From assembly GCA_046290225.1 (NCBI GenBank), contig JBKAGE010000070.1, forward strand, positions 96,001 through 160,000: a DNA stretch of 64,000 bases, given 5' to 3'. A model generated the notes under the pieces. It saw only the letters and a program-made list of their open reading frames with translations, did not search any database and had not been told where the DNA came from. Below are positions 1 through 7,727 of this stretch, piece after piece. Position 1 is the stretch's first letter. Every line of letters begins with the position of its first letter. The stretch comes from Bradymonadia bacterium. GTDB taxonomy: Bacteria > Myxococcota_A > Bradymonadia > UBA7976 > UBA1532. Position numbers and translations under genes: made by a program.

Positions 1-2
1 TC

Positions 3-701
3 TCGGAAGATCCCGAAGGCCTCGAGCCTGACGATCTGAGCACCCCAGGGGCCTGGGCAGTGTTCCCCGAGGCGGCCCGCTATCGCATGGTGCTCGAGGT
101 TTTCGACGAGGAGAGCGGGCCTCCAGTGGACTTCTTCAACGGCCCTGACGATCCCTTGGGCACCTGGGTTGTGTGTGACTCTGCTCAGGCCAATCTCATC
201 GTGCTCGCGCAGCCCAACCCACTCCCCGGCCTCGGGGTCGAGGTGACCTGGGCCACTCCAGGCCTGCCGGACATCCGCCGCCCCAACGGGACGGTGGTCG
301 ACTTGCACCTCAGGCGCCCAGGGGCCACAGAGTGGTTCCAGGGATCAGGCACCTGTCGGCCGGACAGCTGTGAGCATGACTGGGGGGCGCCGGGCTTCGA
401 GTTGGATGATCCGACGATCAGGCAGGGGATGCAGACGGCGTTTCAATACATCGAGATCATCGAGCCCGAGACCACGCCCTTCGGGCAATCCTTCGACGTC
501 GGGCTACGCTACCGCCGTCGCTTCGACGACGATGGCTACGACTTCGGGCCGACGTACGCGGCGATCACTGTCTCGTTCAGAGGGTTCCCGGTCTGGTCTT
601 CTCTCGACACCTTCGGGCCCATCGAGCTGGTGGACGAAGGCGACTTCGTACCGCTGATCGAGATCACGTGGCCCTCGCAGCTGATCCGGCCCTTCGAGTA
701 G
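3..701 (+). CDS. 5'-truncated hypothetical protein; C-terminal region resembles the YfaP/DUF2135-like domain of large myxobacterial secreted proteins
   Basis: Frame is open from the window start (SEDPEGLEPDDL...) to TAG at 699-701. Pattern VEVTW...VDLHL...DWG...DDP...GP..A.ITV resembles that domain from recall. Confidence 0.55.
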   Translation, partial: SEDPEGLEPDDLSTPGAWAVFPEAARYRMVLEVFDEESGPPVDFFNGPDDPLGTWVVCDSAQANLIVLAQPNPLPGLGVEVTWATPGLPDIRRPNGTVVDLHLRRPGATEWFQGSGTCRPDSCEHDWGAPGFELDDPTIRQGMQTAFQYIEIIEPETTPFGQSFDVGLRYRRRFDDDGYDFGPTYAAITVSFRGFPVWSSLDTFGPIELVDEGDFVPLIEITWPSQLIRPFE

Positions 702-720
702 TCGAGCGGCGCTTCGCTTT

Positions 721-757
721 GAGCGGACGGCCGTGCCTTCGGCACCGCCGTCCGCTC
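721..757. terminator. GC-rich hairpin between convergent genes, probable bidirectional terminator
   Basis: GAGCGGACGGC-C-GTGCC-TTC-GGCAC-C-GCCGTCCGCTC gives an 11-bp plus 5-bp stem between stops at 701 and 767. No clear U-tract. Confidence 0.55.
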
Positions 758-766
758 CAACCAACG

Positions 767-2110
767 TCACTCGCAGGCGCCCGCCACAGCAGCGTCCACA
801 CCAGCGGCGTGCGCGAAGCACTCATTGTCGTACGTGATCCCGTTGCACCCGCAAACAGGGGAGAAGATCTCACCGCAGGCCTCAGGGCGGGGCTGACAGG
901 TACCCGTAGCGTCGGCGAAGTCGCAGAAGTCGCCGGCGAAGTCGCAGAACTCATTGTCCTCACAGGTGTTGCCGAGACGGGCACCGCAGGCGCGGCCCGG
1001 GGGCGGAGGGGGGGGCAGGTCGAAATCGCAGCGCTGCTGGCAAGCCTCCAGGCTGTCGAAACGGTTCTCGTTGCCCATGCAGCCGCCGTAGAGGAACTCT
1101 TCGCAGTTGTTCGTCTCTGCGTTGTAGAACCAGGCCTGAATCGCCGCCTCGCAAGGGCCCGAGTCCGCCGGGAGCTGGCAAATGTCTACGGGGGGGCACT
1201 GGCGGATGACCCAGCCACAGGCGCCGGTCTCAGTGTAGTCACACACCGGGCCGCCGATGCTGCCGTCCGGGCACTCGAAGTTCGGGGCGCCGGGGGCGGG
1301 ACCGCACATCTCCGGCGTGCACTCTTCGGGCTGCTCGCACTCCCCCTCGAACTGCACGTCCATGCCGCTGGCGTGTGCGTCACACTCGTTGCCGTAGGTG
1401 TTGCCGTCGCAGCCACAAACCGGGGCGTAGATGTCGGGGCATGCCTCGGGGCGAGGCTGGCACGTACCACCGCCATCGGCGAAGCCACAGCCACCGTCGA
1501 TGTAATCGCAGTAGGCATCAACGCCACACATCAGGCCGCCGAATCCACCACACTCCACCGGGGGCTCTTCACACTGGCCGATGGTCCAGCCACATGCGCC
1601 GTCGGCTTGGGGCTCACAGGCGATGTCGGGGCCCTCGCCATCAGGGCAGGGCGCCACAGGAGGGAGCTCGCCACACTCTTCTGGCGAGCACACAATGGGC
1701 TCACAGCCGCCGCCCTGCCACTCGCAGGTGCCCACGGGCGTCGCGTCACAGACAAAGGGCATCGGCATCGTGTCGGGGGGGCATTGCGCCTGGTCGGGCA
1801 TCGGGCCACAGTCTTCGTCGCTGCACATGCCGCCCGCGCCGCCAGCACCACCGGGCTCACCGCCCATGCCTGCGGCACCACCAGCGCCGCCACCGCCCAT
1901 GCCTGCCTCACCGCCAGCGCCACCGATGTTGCCGCCCATACCGGCCTCACCGCCAGCACCGCCACCGCCCATACCGGCTTCGCCACCGGCGCCACCGCCG
2001 CCCATGCCCGCTTCACCACCGGCACCACCGGTACCGGTGTCAGTGTCTTCTTGATCACAGGCCGCCAGGGCCAGGGCACACCCCAAAACCATCCACAGAT
2101 GCTTGCTCAT
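767..2110 (-). CDS. Cys-rich lipoprotein with Gly/Met linker, two Kazal-type and one BPTI/Kunitz protease inhibitor domains
   Basis: Lipobox LAAC; GGAGGEAGMGG repeats; Kazal CPDIYAPVCGCDGNTYGNEC and CGEIFSPVCGCNGITYDNEC; Kunitz CQLPADSGPC..WFYN..CEEFLYGGCMGNENRFDSLEACQQRC. Confidence 0.9.
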   Translation of the reverse strand: MSKHLWMVLGCALALAACDQEDTDTGTGGAGGEAGMGGGGAGGEAGMGGGGAGGEAGMGGNIGGAGGEAGMGGGGAGGAAGMGGEPGGAGGAGGMCSDEDCGPMPDQAQCPPDTMPMPFVCDATPVGTCEWQGGGCEPIVCSPEECGELPPVAPCPDGEGPDIACEPQADGACGWTIGQCEEPPVECGGFGGLMCGVDAYCDYIDGGCGFADGGGTCQPRPEACPDIYAPVCGCDGNTYGNECDAHASGMDVQFEGECEQPEECTPEMCGPAPGAPNFECPDGSIGGPVCDYTETGACGWVIRQCPPVDICQLPADSGPCEAAIQAWFYNAETNNCEEFLYGGCMGNENRFDSLEACQQRCDFDLPPPPPPGRACGARLGNTCEDNEFCDFAGDFCDFADATGTCQPRPEACGEIFSPVCGCNGITYDNECFAHAAGVDAAVAGACE

Positions 2111-2152
2111 CGCGTCTCTCCCGCGCTCAGTTCATCGTCGGCGATGCTCCTG

Positions 2153-2168
2153 TGCACCATCGATGCCA
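2153..2168 (-). promoter_or_regulatory. candidate sigma54 (-24/-12) promoter for the Kazal/Kunitz lipoprotein
   Basis: Minus strand TGGCAT-CGATG-GTGCA, GG-N10-GC spacing, about 45 nt upstream of ATG 2110. Confidence 0.6.
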
Positions 2169-2288
2169 ATGCAGTCAATCACCGTGACCCCTGAATTCTT
2201 GGGTGAGATGGCCTCTTCGACACGTGAAAATCTGAGCCTGTGATGTGGGGATCCGTTGAAAACCCGAGGCTCGGTGTACATTGCCCCC

Positions 2289-3113
2289 ATGCGACACGTG
2301 GCCCTCCTCTGTCTGATCTGCACCCTGACCTCGTGGCACCCCGCCAGGGCCGAGGTCGAGGTGATGCCGCGGCTGACCACCTTCGCCGAAGCGGCCCACA
2401 CGGTGGCGCTCTCGGACGACATCAGGGGGGTGGTGGCCACGGGCATCGACGCTCAAGTGCTGCGGGGCCCGCGGTGGAGCCTGGAGATCTTCACCACATT
2501 CCGCAGCTACGTGCGCTACAACCGCGAAGGTGAAGGGGTCGTGCGTATCTCACCTCGGCAGATTCACTTCCCTGTAGGCGCCCGGGTACGCTTCCCCATC
2601 GACGCCGAGACCCTCGCCGCGTCGAAATATAGCTGGGGCCTTCAAGCGTTCCACCAGTCCAACCACGACATCGACGAGAACGATCCGGTGCTCAATCGAG
2701 AGACCATCTCCTACGAGGTCTATGGCGTGACCTGGTGGAGCCCCCATCTCAAGGCCCTCGCCGGGGTCTACTACGACCGGGGCACCACCCGGGCCGGCAA
2801 GCATCAGACCTTGCCCTTCGACTACTACCTCGCCGGGGCTCAACTCGATGGCTGGTACCCTCTCAGCGCTCGTATCTACGGGCGCATGGCCTTCGAGGGC
2901 ATCGTGCACACCAACGGCGAGCGCGCGCCGGGGCACCTCAACGTCAACATCACCACCGATCTGGGCCTGCGCTGGCCCGGCGCATCGGGTGAGATCAGGA
3001 CCTTCCTCAGAGGGCAGCGCCTGGAGGACTATCGGTTCCTCGGCGACACGAGCCAGCACATGCTGATGGTGGGGTTGACCTTGCAAGGGCTCGATTTGGG
3101 TACGCCACAGTGA
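2289..3113 (+). CDS. secreted hypothetical protein, probable outer-membrane beta-barrel
   Basis: Signal peptide (MRHVALLCLIC...ARA); amphipathic beta-strand pattern; FHQSNHDID motif; stop overlaps the next gene (GTGA). Confidence 0.6.
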   Translation: MRHVALLCLICTLTSWHPARAEVEVMPRLTTFAEAAHTVALSDDIRGVVATGIDAQVLRGPRWSLEIFTTFRSYVRYNREGEGVVRISPRQIHFPVGARVRFPIDAETLAASKYSWGLQAFHQSNHDIDENDPVLNRETISYEVYGVTWWSPHLKALAGVYYDRGTTRAGKHQTLPFDYYLAGAQLDGWYPLSARIYGRMAFEGIVHTNGERAPGHLNVNITTDLGLRWPGASGEIRTFLRGQRLEDYRFLGDTSQHMLMVGLTLQGLDLGTPQ

Positions 3114-4369
3114 GAGCCCTGATCTGCGTGGCGCTGATCTCGATGATGTGTGGGGGCTGCGGGCACCGCCCGTGGCCCATGACGTGGTCCTCCGAGAGAG
3201 AGGCGGTGGAGATCCCCCTGGTGCAGGCCTGGGGGGCTGACCGGCCCATCATCGAGGCCCGCATCAACGGCCGGGGGCCCTACCTCTTCGCTGTCGACGC
3301 CGCCGTTCCGGGGATCACCCTCAGCCGACGCTTCGGTGAAATCGTCGACTTGGCCTGGAGACACCCCACCTATGGCCCCCCCGTAACCACCCTGGAGCAG
3401 CTTCACCTCGGCGATCCCCAGGGTGGCATCACGTTGACTTCGGTGGAGAGCACCATCTTCGACTCGGAGTCCTTCGGCGAGTTCGAGGGCCGACCGGTGG
3501 TGGGGATTCTTGGGGCTTCGCTCTTCGAGCGCTGGGCAGTGGAGCTCGATCTCGCCGCAGGGCGCCTCCGGCTCTGGCGCGGGACACCTACGCCCCCACC
3601 ACCTGGGCACTTCGAACATCCACTCGAGCCTCTGGGGCACAACCGCGGATGGTCCCTGACCCTCGACCTCGACGCCACCGAGACAGATCGCGAAGACAGC
3701 TCGCCCAAAGCGGTGGTGTGGCAACTGGCCCTCGGACGGCCGGTGAGCACGGTGAGCCCGCAAGTCGCTGAGGCTCTGCGCCTCACGCCCTCTCCCAAAC
3801 CACCACTTCAATGGGCCGCCGAGCTCCACCTGGGGGCTGAGCCGAGTCCGGTGACGCTGAGCCCGCTCGAACAGCAAGCATCGGGCACCGAGGGGCAACT
3901 GCACCATGGCGCCTTCGGGCCTCGCACAATCATGCGTACGCTGCCTTCAGGCACACTGCAGTGGTGGCAGCGGCCCACGCCACACGCGCCGGTGGGTCGA
4001 TACCCAGATCGGCTGCCCTGTGACGCGCGCCCGCGGGCCTGCCCCACCACCAGGCTTGTGGGCAGTCGAGGCGAGCGGGTTTTCGTAGAGGTGCAGGTCG
4101 CCGAGCCACCCGCTCACCCGCGTTACTGGTGGCGCATCAACCTGGGCACTGCTGATCACCCGGTGACACCATTGCTCTGGGCACACCCTCAGGCGGCCAC
4201 CCCCATCACCGCCTTGATCGAGCTGCCCCGTGGTGCATTCGAACATTTGAGGCCGCTCGACACACCCCTGCCCGTGCTCGACGTTGTACCTGTGGGGGCG
4301 CCCTGCGCCGGGAAACTCTGCGTAATCTGGCCCAATCAGCCGCTTTGGAGGCCGCAAGCGCAAGATTGA
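3110..4369 (+). CDS. lipoprotein with retropepsin-like (aspartyl protease-like) domains, catalytic motifs degenerate
   Basis: Lipobox-like CGGC; PIIEARINGRGPYLFAVDAA and VGILGASLFERWAVELD match the retropepsin fold pattern but lack DTG. Confidence 0.6.
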   Translation: MRALICVALISMMCGGCGHRPWPMTWSSEREAVEIPLVQAWGADRPIIEARINGRGPYLFAVDAAVPGITLSRRFGEIVDLAWRHPTYGPPVTTLEQLHLGDPQGGITLTSVESTIFDSESFGEFEGRPVVGILGASLFERWAVELDLAAGRLRLWRGTPTPPPPGHFEHPLEPLGHNRGWSLTLDLDATETDREDSSPKAVVWQLALGRPVSTVSPQVAEALRLTPSPKPPLQWAAELHLGAEPSPVTLSPLEQQASGTEGQLHHGAFGPRTIMRTLPSGTLQWWQRPTPHAPVGRYPDRLPCDARPRACPTTRLVGSRGERVFVEVQVAEPPAHPRYWWRINLGTADHPVTPLLWAHPQAATPITALIELPRGAFEHLRPLDTPLPVLDVVPVGAPCAGKLCVIWPNQPLWRPQAQD

Positions 4370-4443
4370 TAGAAATGACTTGAAGGCCTGACCTGCGGTA
4401 AGGGGTCAAAGGGTTGTTTGACTCAGCTGAAAGGTTTCCAGAC

Positions 4444-5232
4444 ATGCGTCGTGTTTCTTTTGCCCTCCTCGCCGGCCTCACCGCCCTGCCTTCCCTCGCC
4501 TCCGCCGACATCTTCAACCTGTATGCAGCAGCCAAAACCGACTACGTGAGCGGCAGCGGCGAAGTCTTCGAAGCCTTCGATGCTTCTATGGGGTATGGCC
4601 TCGAGGCCGGTGTCGAGGTGCTCGGCATCGACCTCTGGGGTGAATTCCTCGCCATGGGCGACAGCCAGTTCCTCGCCTCGGCGAACCTGGGCTTCGATCT
4701 CACCGTCGGCGGCGACACCCGGTTCACCCTGGGGGCCTATACCGGCCCGATGTTCTTCTGGATCCCTGACGGCAAGTTCTCCTCGGGGGTGAACTTCGAC
4801 AGCCTCAGCGCAGCGGAGCAGCAACAGCTCGACGATGGGCTCTCCCAGGTGGGCCTGAGCCGCAGCGACGTGGAGCAGCAGTTCGCCGAAGCCGCCGGTC
4901 AGATCGGCAACGCAGAAGACGTCGCCTTCGGCTGGAACATCGCCCGCGTGCGCCTCACCCTCGATCACAAGCTGGCACCGGGCCTCTACATCGGCGCCCA
5001 GGGCTCCGCCGGCTACCACGTGATCGTCAGCGGCGAAGACGCTGTGGCCGAGGGTAAAGATCGGGCCATCGACGAGTTCGCCGGCACGGATGAGGGCATG
5101 GTGTACGCCAACGCCGATCCGGGTCTCGATCTGCTGCGCAAGGCCGCCGGCGCCGAGAGCATCGCCGATCAGAACCTCTCGGGGATGAACTACCAGATGG
5201 GTGTGTTCCTGAAACTCGAGCTGGGTCTGTAA
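4444..5232 (+). CDS. secreted hypothetical protein, probable outer-membrane beta-barrel
   Basis: Signal peptide ending ASA; alternating hydrophobic strands; C-terminal YQMGVFLKLELGL; strong GC3 codon bias. Confidence 0.65.
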   Translation: MRRVSFALLAGLTALPSLASADIFNLYAAAKTDYVSGSGEVFEAFDASMGYGLEAGVEVLGIDLWGEFLAMGDSQFLASANLGFDLTVGGDTRFTLGAYTGPMFFWIPDGKFSSGVNFDSLSAAEQQQLDDGLSQVGLSRSDVEQQFAEAAGQIGNAEDVAFGWNIARVRLTLDHKLAPGLYIGAQGSAGYHVIVSGEDAVAEGKDRAIDEFAGTDEGMVYANADPGLDLLRKAAGAESIADQNLSGMNYQMGVFLKLELGL

Positions 5233-5330
5233 GAGACCCTCACACAGCGCCCTGAAACATCGTCCGCGTTGCACCGTACCCCTACTCGCGGCATCCTCCC
5301 TCAGAATCTGAACCACCCCACAGAGGTCCG

Positions 5331-5663
5331 ATGAGCACGTACTACAAGCCCGAGCACCTGCCCCAGTTCTCCGAGATCGCCGAAGGCAACCCCGATCTGG
5401 CGAAGAAATTCTTCGACTACTACGGCTCGGTCTTCGCCGATGGTGCGCTCTCCAAGCGGGAGAAGGCCCTCATCGCCCTCGCCGTGGCCCACGCGGTCCA
5501 GTGCCCGTACTGCATCGACGCCTACTCCAAAGAAAGCCTCGAGGCCGGCTCTGATCTTGAGCAGATGACCGAGGCGGTCCACGTGGCCACGGCCATCCGC
5601 GGCGGCGCCTCCCTCGTGCACGGGGTGCAGATGCTCGAGCACGTGCGCAAGATGGAGATGTGA
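5331..5663 (+). CDS. AhpD/CMD-family protein, arsenosugar biosynthesis-associated peroxidase-like
   Basis: GALSKREKALIALAVAHAVQCPYCIDAY (CxxC AhpD core) and SLVHGVQM; translationally coupled (TGATG) to arsS. Confidence 0.85.
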   Translation: MSTYYKPEHLPQFSEIAEGNPDLAKKFFDYYGSVFADGALSKREKALIALAVAHAVQCPYCIDAYSKESLEAGSDLEQMTEAVHVATAIRGGASLVHGVQMLEHVRKMEM

Positions 5664-6799
5664 TGTCGGATCTCTACCAAATCGAAGATCCCACCACAGG
5701 GGTCACCGAAGAGGTCGATCTCGAAGGCACCGAGGCGGGGCCCAAGCGAGCCACCAGCCTGCACCGCCGCCGAGATCCGCTCATGCATCCTCAGCGCCAG
5801 CTCGAGGCCCTCGGACACGTCGAGCTTCCGAGCCATCACCTCGACTTCGAGCGCGCCCTCACCGAGTCGAACATCGACGGCTTGCGGCCCACGAAGCTCG
5901 ACATCTTCCAGATCAACATCGGCAAGCTGTGCAACATGACCTGCCGGCACTGCCATGTGGACTCAGGGCCCGATCGCACTGAGGAGAACATGGATCGGGC
6001 CACCGTCGATGCGTGCCTCGCGGCCCTCAACGCCTCCGGCGCCCACACGGTAGACATCACCGGCGGCGCCCCGGAGCTGAACCCGCACTTCCGGTACCTC
6101 GTCGACGAGTGCGTCAAGCGTGGCCTGCACGTCATCGATCGGTGCAACCTCACCGTGTTGCTGATCCCCAGCCTGCGAGATCTGCCCGCCTGGCTCGCCG
6201 AGCGCGGCGTGGAGGTGGTGTGCTCACTGCCTCACTACCGCAAGCGGAACACCGACGCGCAACGGGGTGACGGCACCTATGAGAAGTCTCTCCGAGCACT
6301 GAGACGCCTCAACGAAGTGGGGTACGGCACCGGGGACCCCAAGCGGATGCTCACCCTCATGTCGAACCCCGCGGGATCGTTCCTCGCCGGTGACCAGAGC
6401 TCGATGGAGCGTGAATGGAAGGTAAACCTGCAGGCCAACCACGGGGTCACCTTCGATCGGCTGTTGTGCCTCAACAACATGCCCATCTCGAGATACCTTG
6501 AGTGGTTGCTCGAGAAGGGTCGCCTCGACGAGTACATGGCCCGGCTCACCGCGGCCTTCAACCCTGGTGCAGTCTCGGGCCTCATGTGCCTCAACACGAT
6601 CTCGATCTCCTGGGACGGCCGCATCTTCGACTGCGACTTCAACCAGATGCTCGATCTCGAGTCGGTCATGGGCGATCGGGCCCCCAACATCCGCGACTTC
6701 GACCTGAACGCCTTCCTCGACCGCCGGGTGGTCACCGATCGGCACTGCTTCGGGTGCACCGCCGGTCAGGGCAGCTCTTGTGGGGGCGCCACCGCCTGA
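5663..6799 (+). CDS. arsS: arsenosugar biosynthesis radical SAM protein ArsS (Cys form)
   Basis: CNMTCRHC radical SAM motif, DITGGAPELNPHFR, DCDFNQML and C-terminal HCFGCTAGQGSSCGG typical of this family. Confidence 0.88.
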   Translation: MSDLYQIEDPTTGVTEEVDLEGTEAGPKRATSLHRRRDPLMHPQRQLEALGHVELPSHHLDFERALTESNIDGLRPTKLDIFQINIGKLCNMTCRHCHVDSGPDRTEENMDRATVDACLAALNASGAHTVDITGGAPELNPHFRYLVDECVKRGLHVIDRCNLTVLLIPSLRDLPAWLAERGVEVVCSLPHYRKRNTDAQRGDGTYEKSLRALRRLNEVGYGTGDPKRMLTLMSNPAGSFLAGDQSSMEREWKVNLQANHGVTFDRLLCLNNMPISRYLEWLLEKGRLDEYMARLTAAFNPGAVSGLMCLNTISISWDGRIFDCDFNQMLDLESVMGDRAPNIRDFDLNAFLDRRVVTDRHCFGCTAGQGSSCGGATA

Positions 6800-6818
6800 A
6801 ACCCAGCTTTCAGGACTT
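6795..6818 (+). terminator. hairpin at the arsS stop, possible terminator
   Basis: CCTGAAA-CCCAGC-TTTCAGG followed by ACTT(T); the stem includes the TGA stop. Confidence 0.4.
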
Positions 6819-6834
6819 TGGCACACAGAGTGCT
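6819..6834 (+). promoter_or_regulatory. candidate sigma54 promoter
   Basis: TGGCAC-ACAGA-GTGCT, GG-N10-GC, about 40 nt upstream of ATG 6876. Confidence 0.6.
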
Positions 6835-6875
6835 ACACCCAGATCACCACAGCACCTCTGCCTGCTCGGTGATCT

Positions 6876-7643
6876 ATGAACCCGCATCAGAAAAAACCCA
6901 CAGAGTATCCAGCCTATTTGTCTGATCCGATGTCGGACTGGACTGCCGAAAACCACCCCATTCAGCGTGTGTTGTCGAGCAGCCAGCTGGTCTTCGAGGG
7001 CGCAGGCCTGGCGCCGAACGGCGTGCCTGAGGGGACCATCTGGGCAGGGCAGGGCTGGGTCGACACCGAGTTCTCGGCCCAGTTCCATTTTCAAGGCCTC
7101 GCCTACGCGGCTCCGGAAGTGGGCTCGGTGATGGTCGCACCCTCCACCCTGGTCACGTCCACGGGGAAGGGCTGTCTCATGATACAGGACGAAGTGACAA
7201 AACTGTCTCAGGGAGACACCTGTGTGGGACAACTCTGTTTTGAGTCGTCTACCCCGGGATTGCACCTGATGGAGCTGGTCTTCGACTACCTGAGCCTGCC
7301 GCCCTTTCCGGCCCAGAAACACTTCAAGGTGGCTGTACTCCTGCACACACAGCACCCACCGGAACCCTTCGATCTGCTCGATCCCGTTTCCGCACATCAT
7401 CACGGTCAGCTGCGCTGGCAACCCGCACGGGGGGCGGATCAGTACGAGGTGATCGCCCGACACACCCCCATGGCCGGTGGAGAGGTCCAGATCTTCAACC
7501 TCGCCGTGCTCCCTGGCCACCTCCACGCCCTCGACATCGGGCGTTTACGTCTGCCACCTGGGACCTATGACTGGTTCGTACTGGCCCGAAACCGGCATGG
7601 GATCACCACCAGCTCACAGATCAAACGCTTTACCGAGCGGTGA
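6876..7643 (+). CDS. hypothetical protein with C-terminal fibronectin type III-like module
   Basis: LRWQPARGADQYEV...LPPGTYDWFVLARN matches an FN3-like pattern; no signal peptide; start uncertain. Confidence 0.55.
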   Translation: MNPHQKKPTEYPAYLSDPMSDWTAENHPIQRVLSSSQLVFEGAGLAPNGVPEGTIWAGQGWVDTEFSAQFHFQGLAYAAPEVGSVMVAPSTLVTSTGKGCLMIQDEVTKLSQGDTCVGQLCFESSTPGLHLMELVFDYLSLPPFPAQKHFKVAVLLHTQHPPEPFDLLDPVSAHHHGQLRWQPARGADQYEVIARHTPMAGGEVQIFNLAVLPGHLHALDIGRLRLPPGTYDWFVLARNRHGITTSSQIKRFTER

Positions 7644-7652
7644 TGTCTCCCC

Positions 7653-7690
7653 GAAGAGATCTCTGGTGAGATCCCCGGTGAGATCCTCTG
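7653..7690. repeat. three GAGATC-core direct repeats at 12-bp period
   Basis: GAGATC at 7656, 7668 and 7680 (GAAGAGATCTCT/GGTGAGATCCCC/GGTGAGATCCTC) in the intergenic gap. Confidence 0.6.
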
Positions 7691-7727
7691 CACTCGACAC
7701 AGGCCAGCCCCTCTGTTGAATTGAGGC

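Noticed and set aside
1830..2035. Tandem DNA repeats that could suggest a CRISPR array or VNTR (also 17120-17345, 29570-29715, 56240-56400)
   Set aside because: They are in-frame codons for Gly/Met linkers, with no unique spacers and no cas genes.
668..2194. Long alternative-frame ORFs (also 20908-22689, 25436-27481, 29436-31613, 55413-56846 and many others)
   Set aside because: They are antisense or out-of-frame shadows of genes with clear motifs, as expected at high GC.
6779..6818. Selenocysteine readthrough at the arsS TGA followed by a hairpin
   Set aside because: The family's Sec position (SSxGG) is TGT (Cys) here and the protein is complete before the TGA; the hairpin includes the stop rather than following it like a SECIS.
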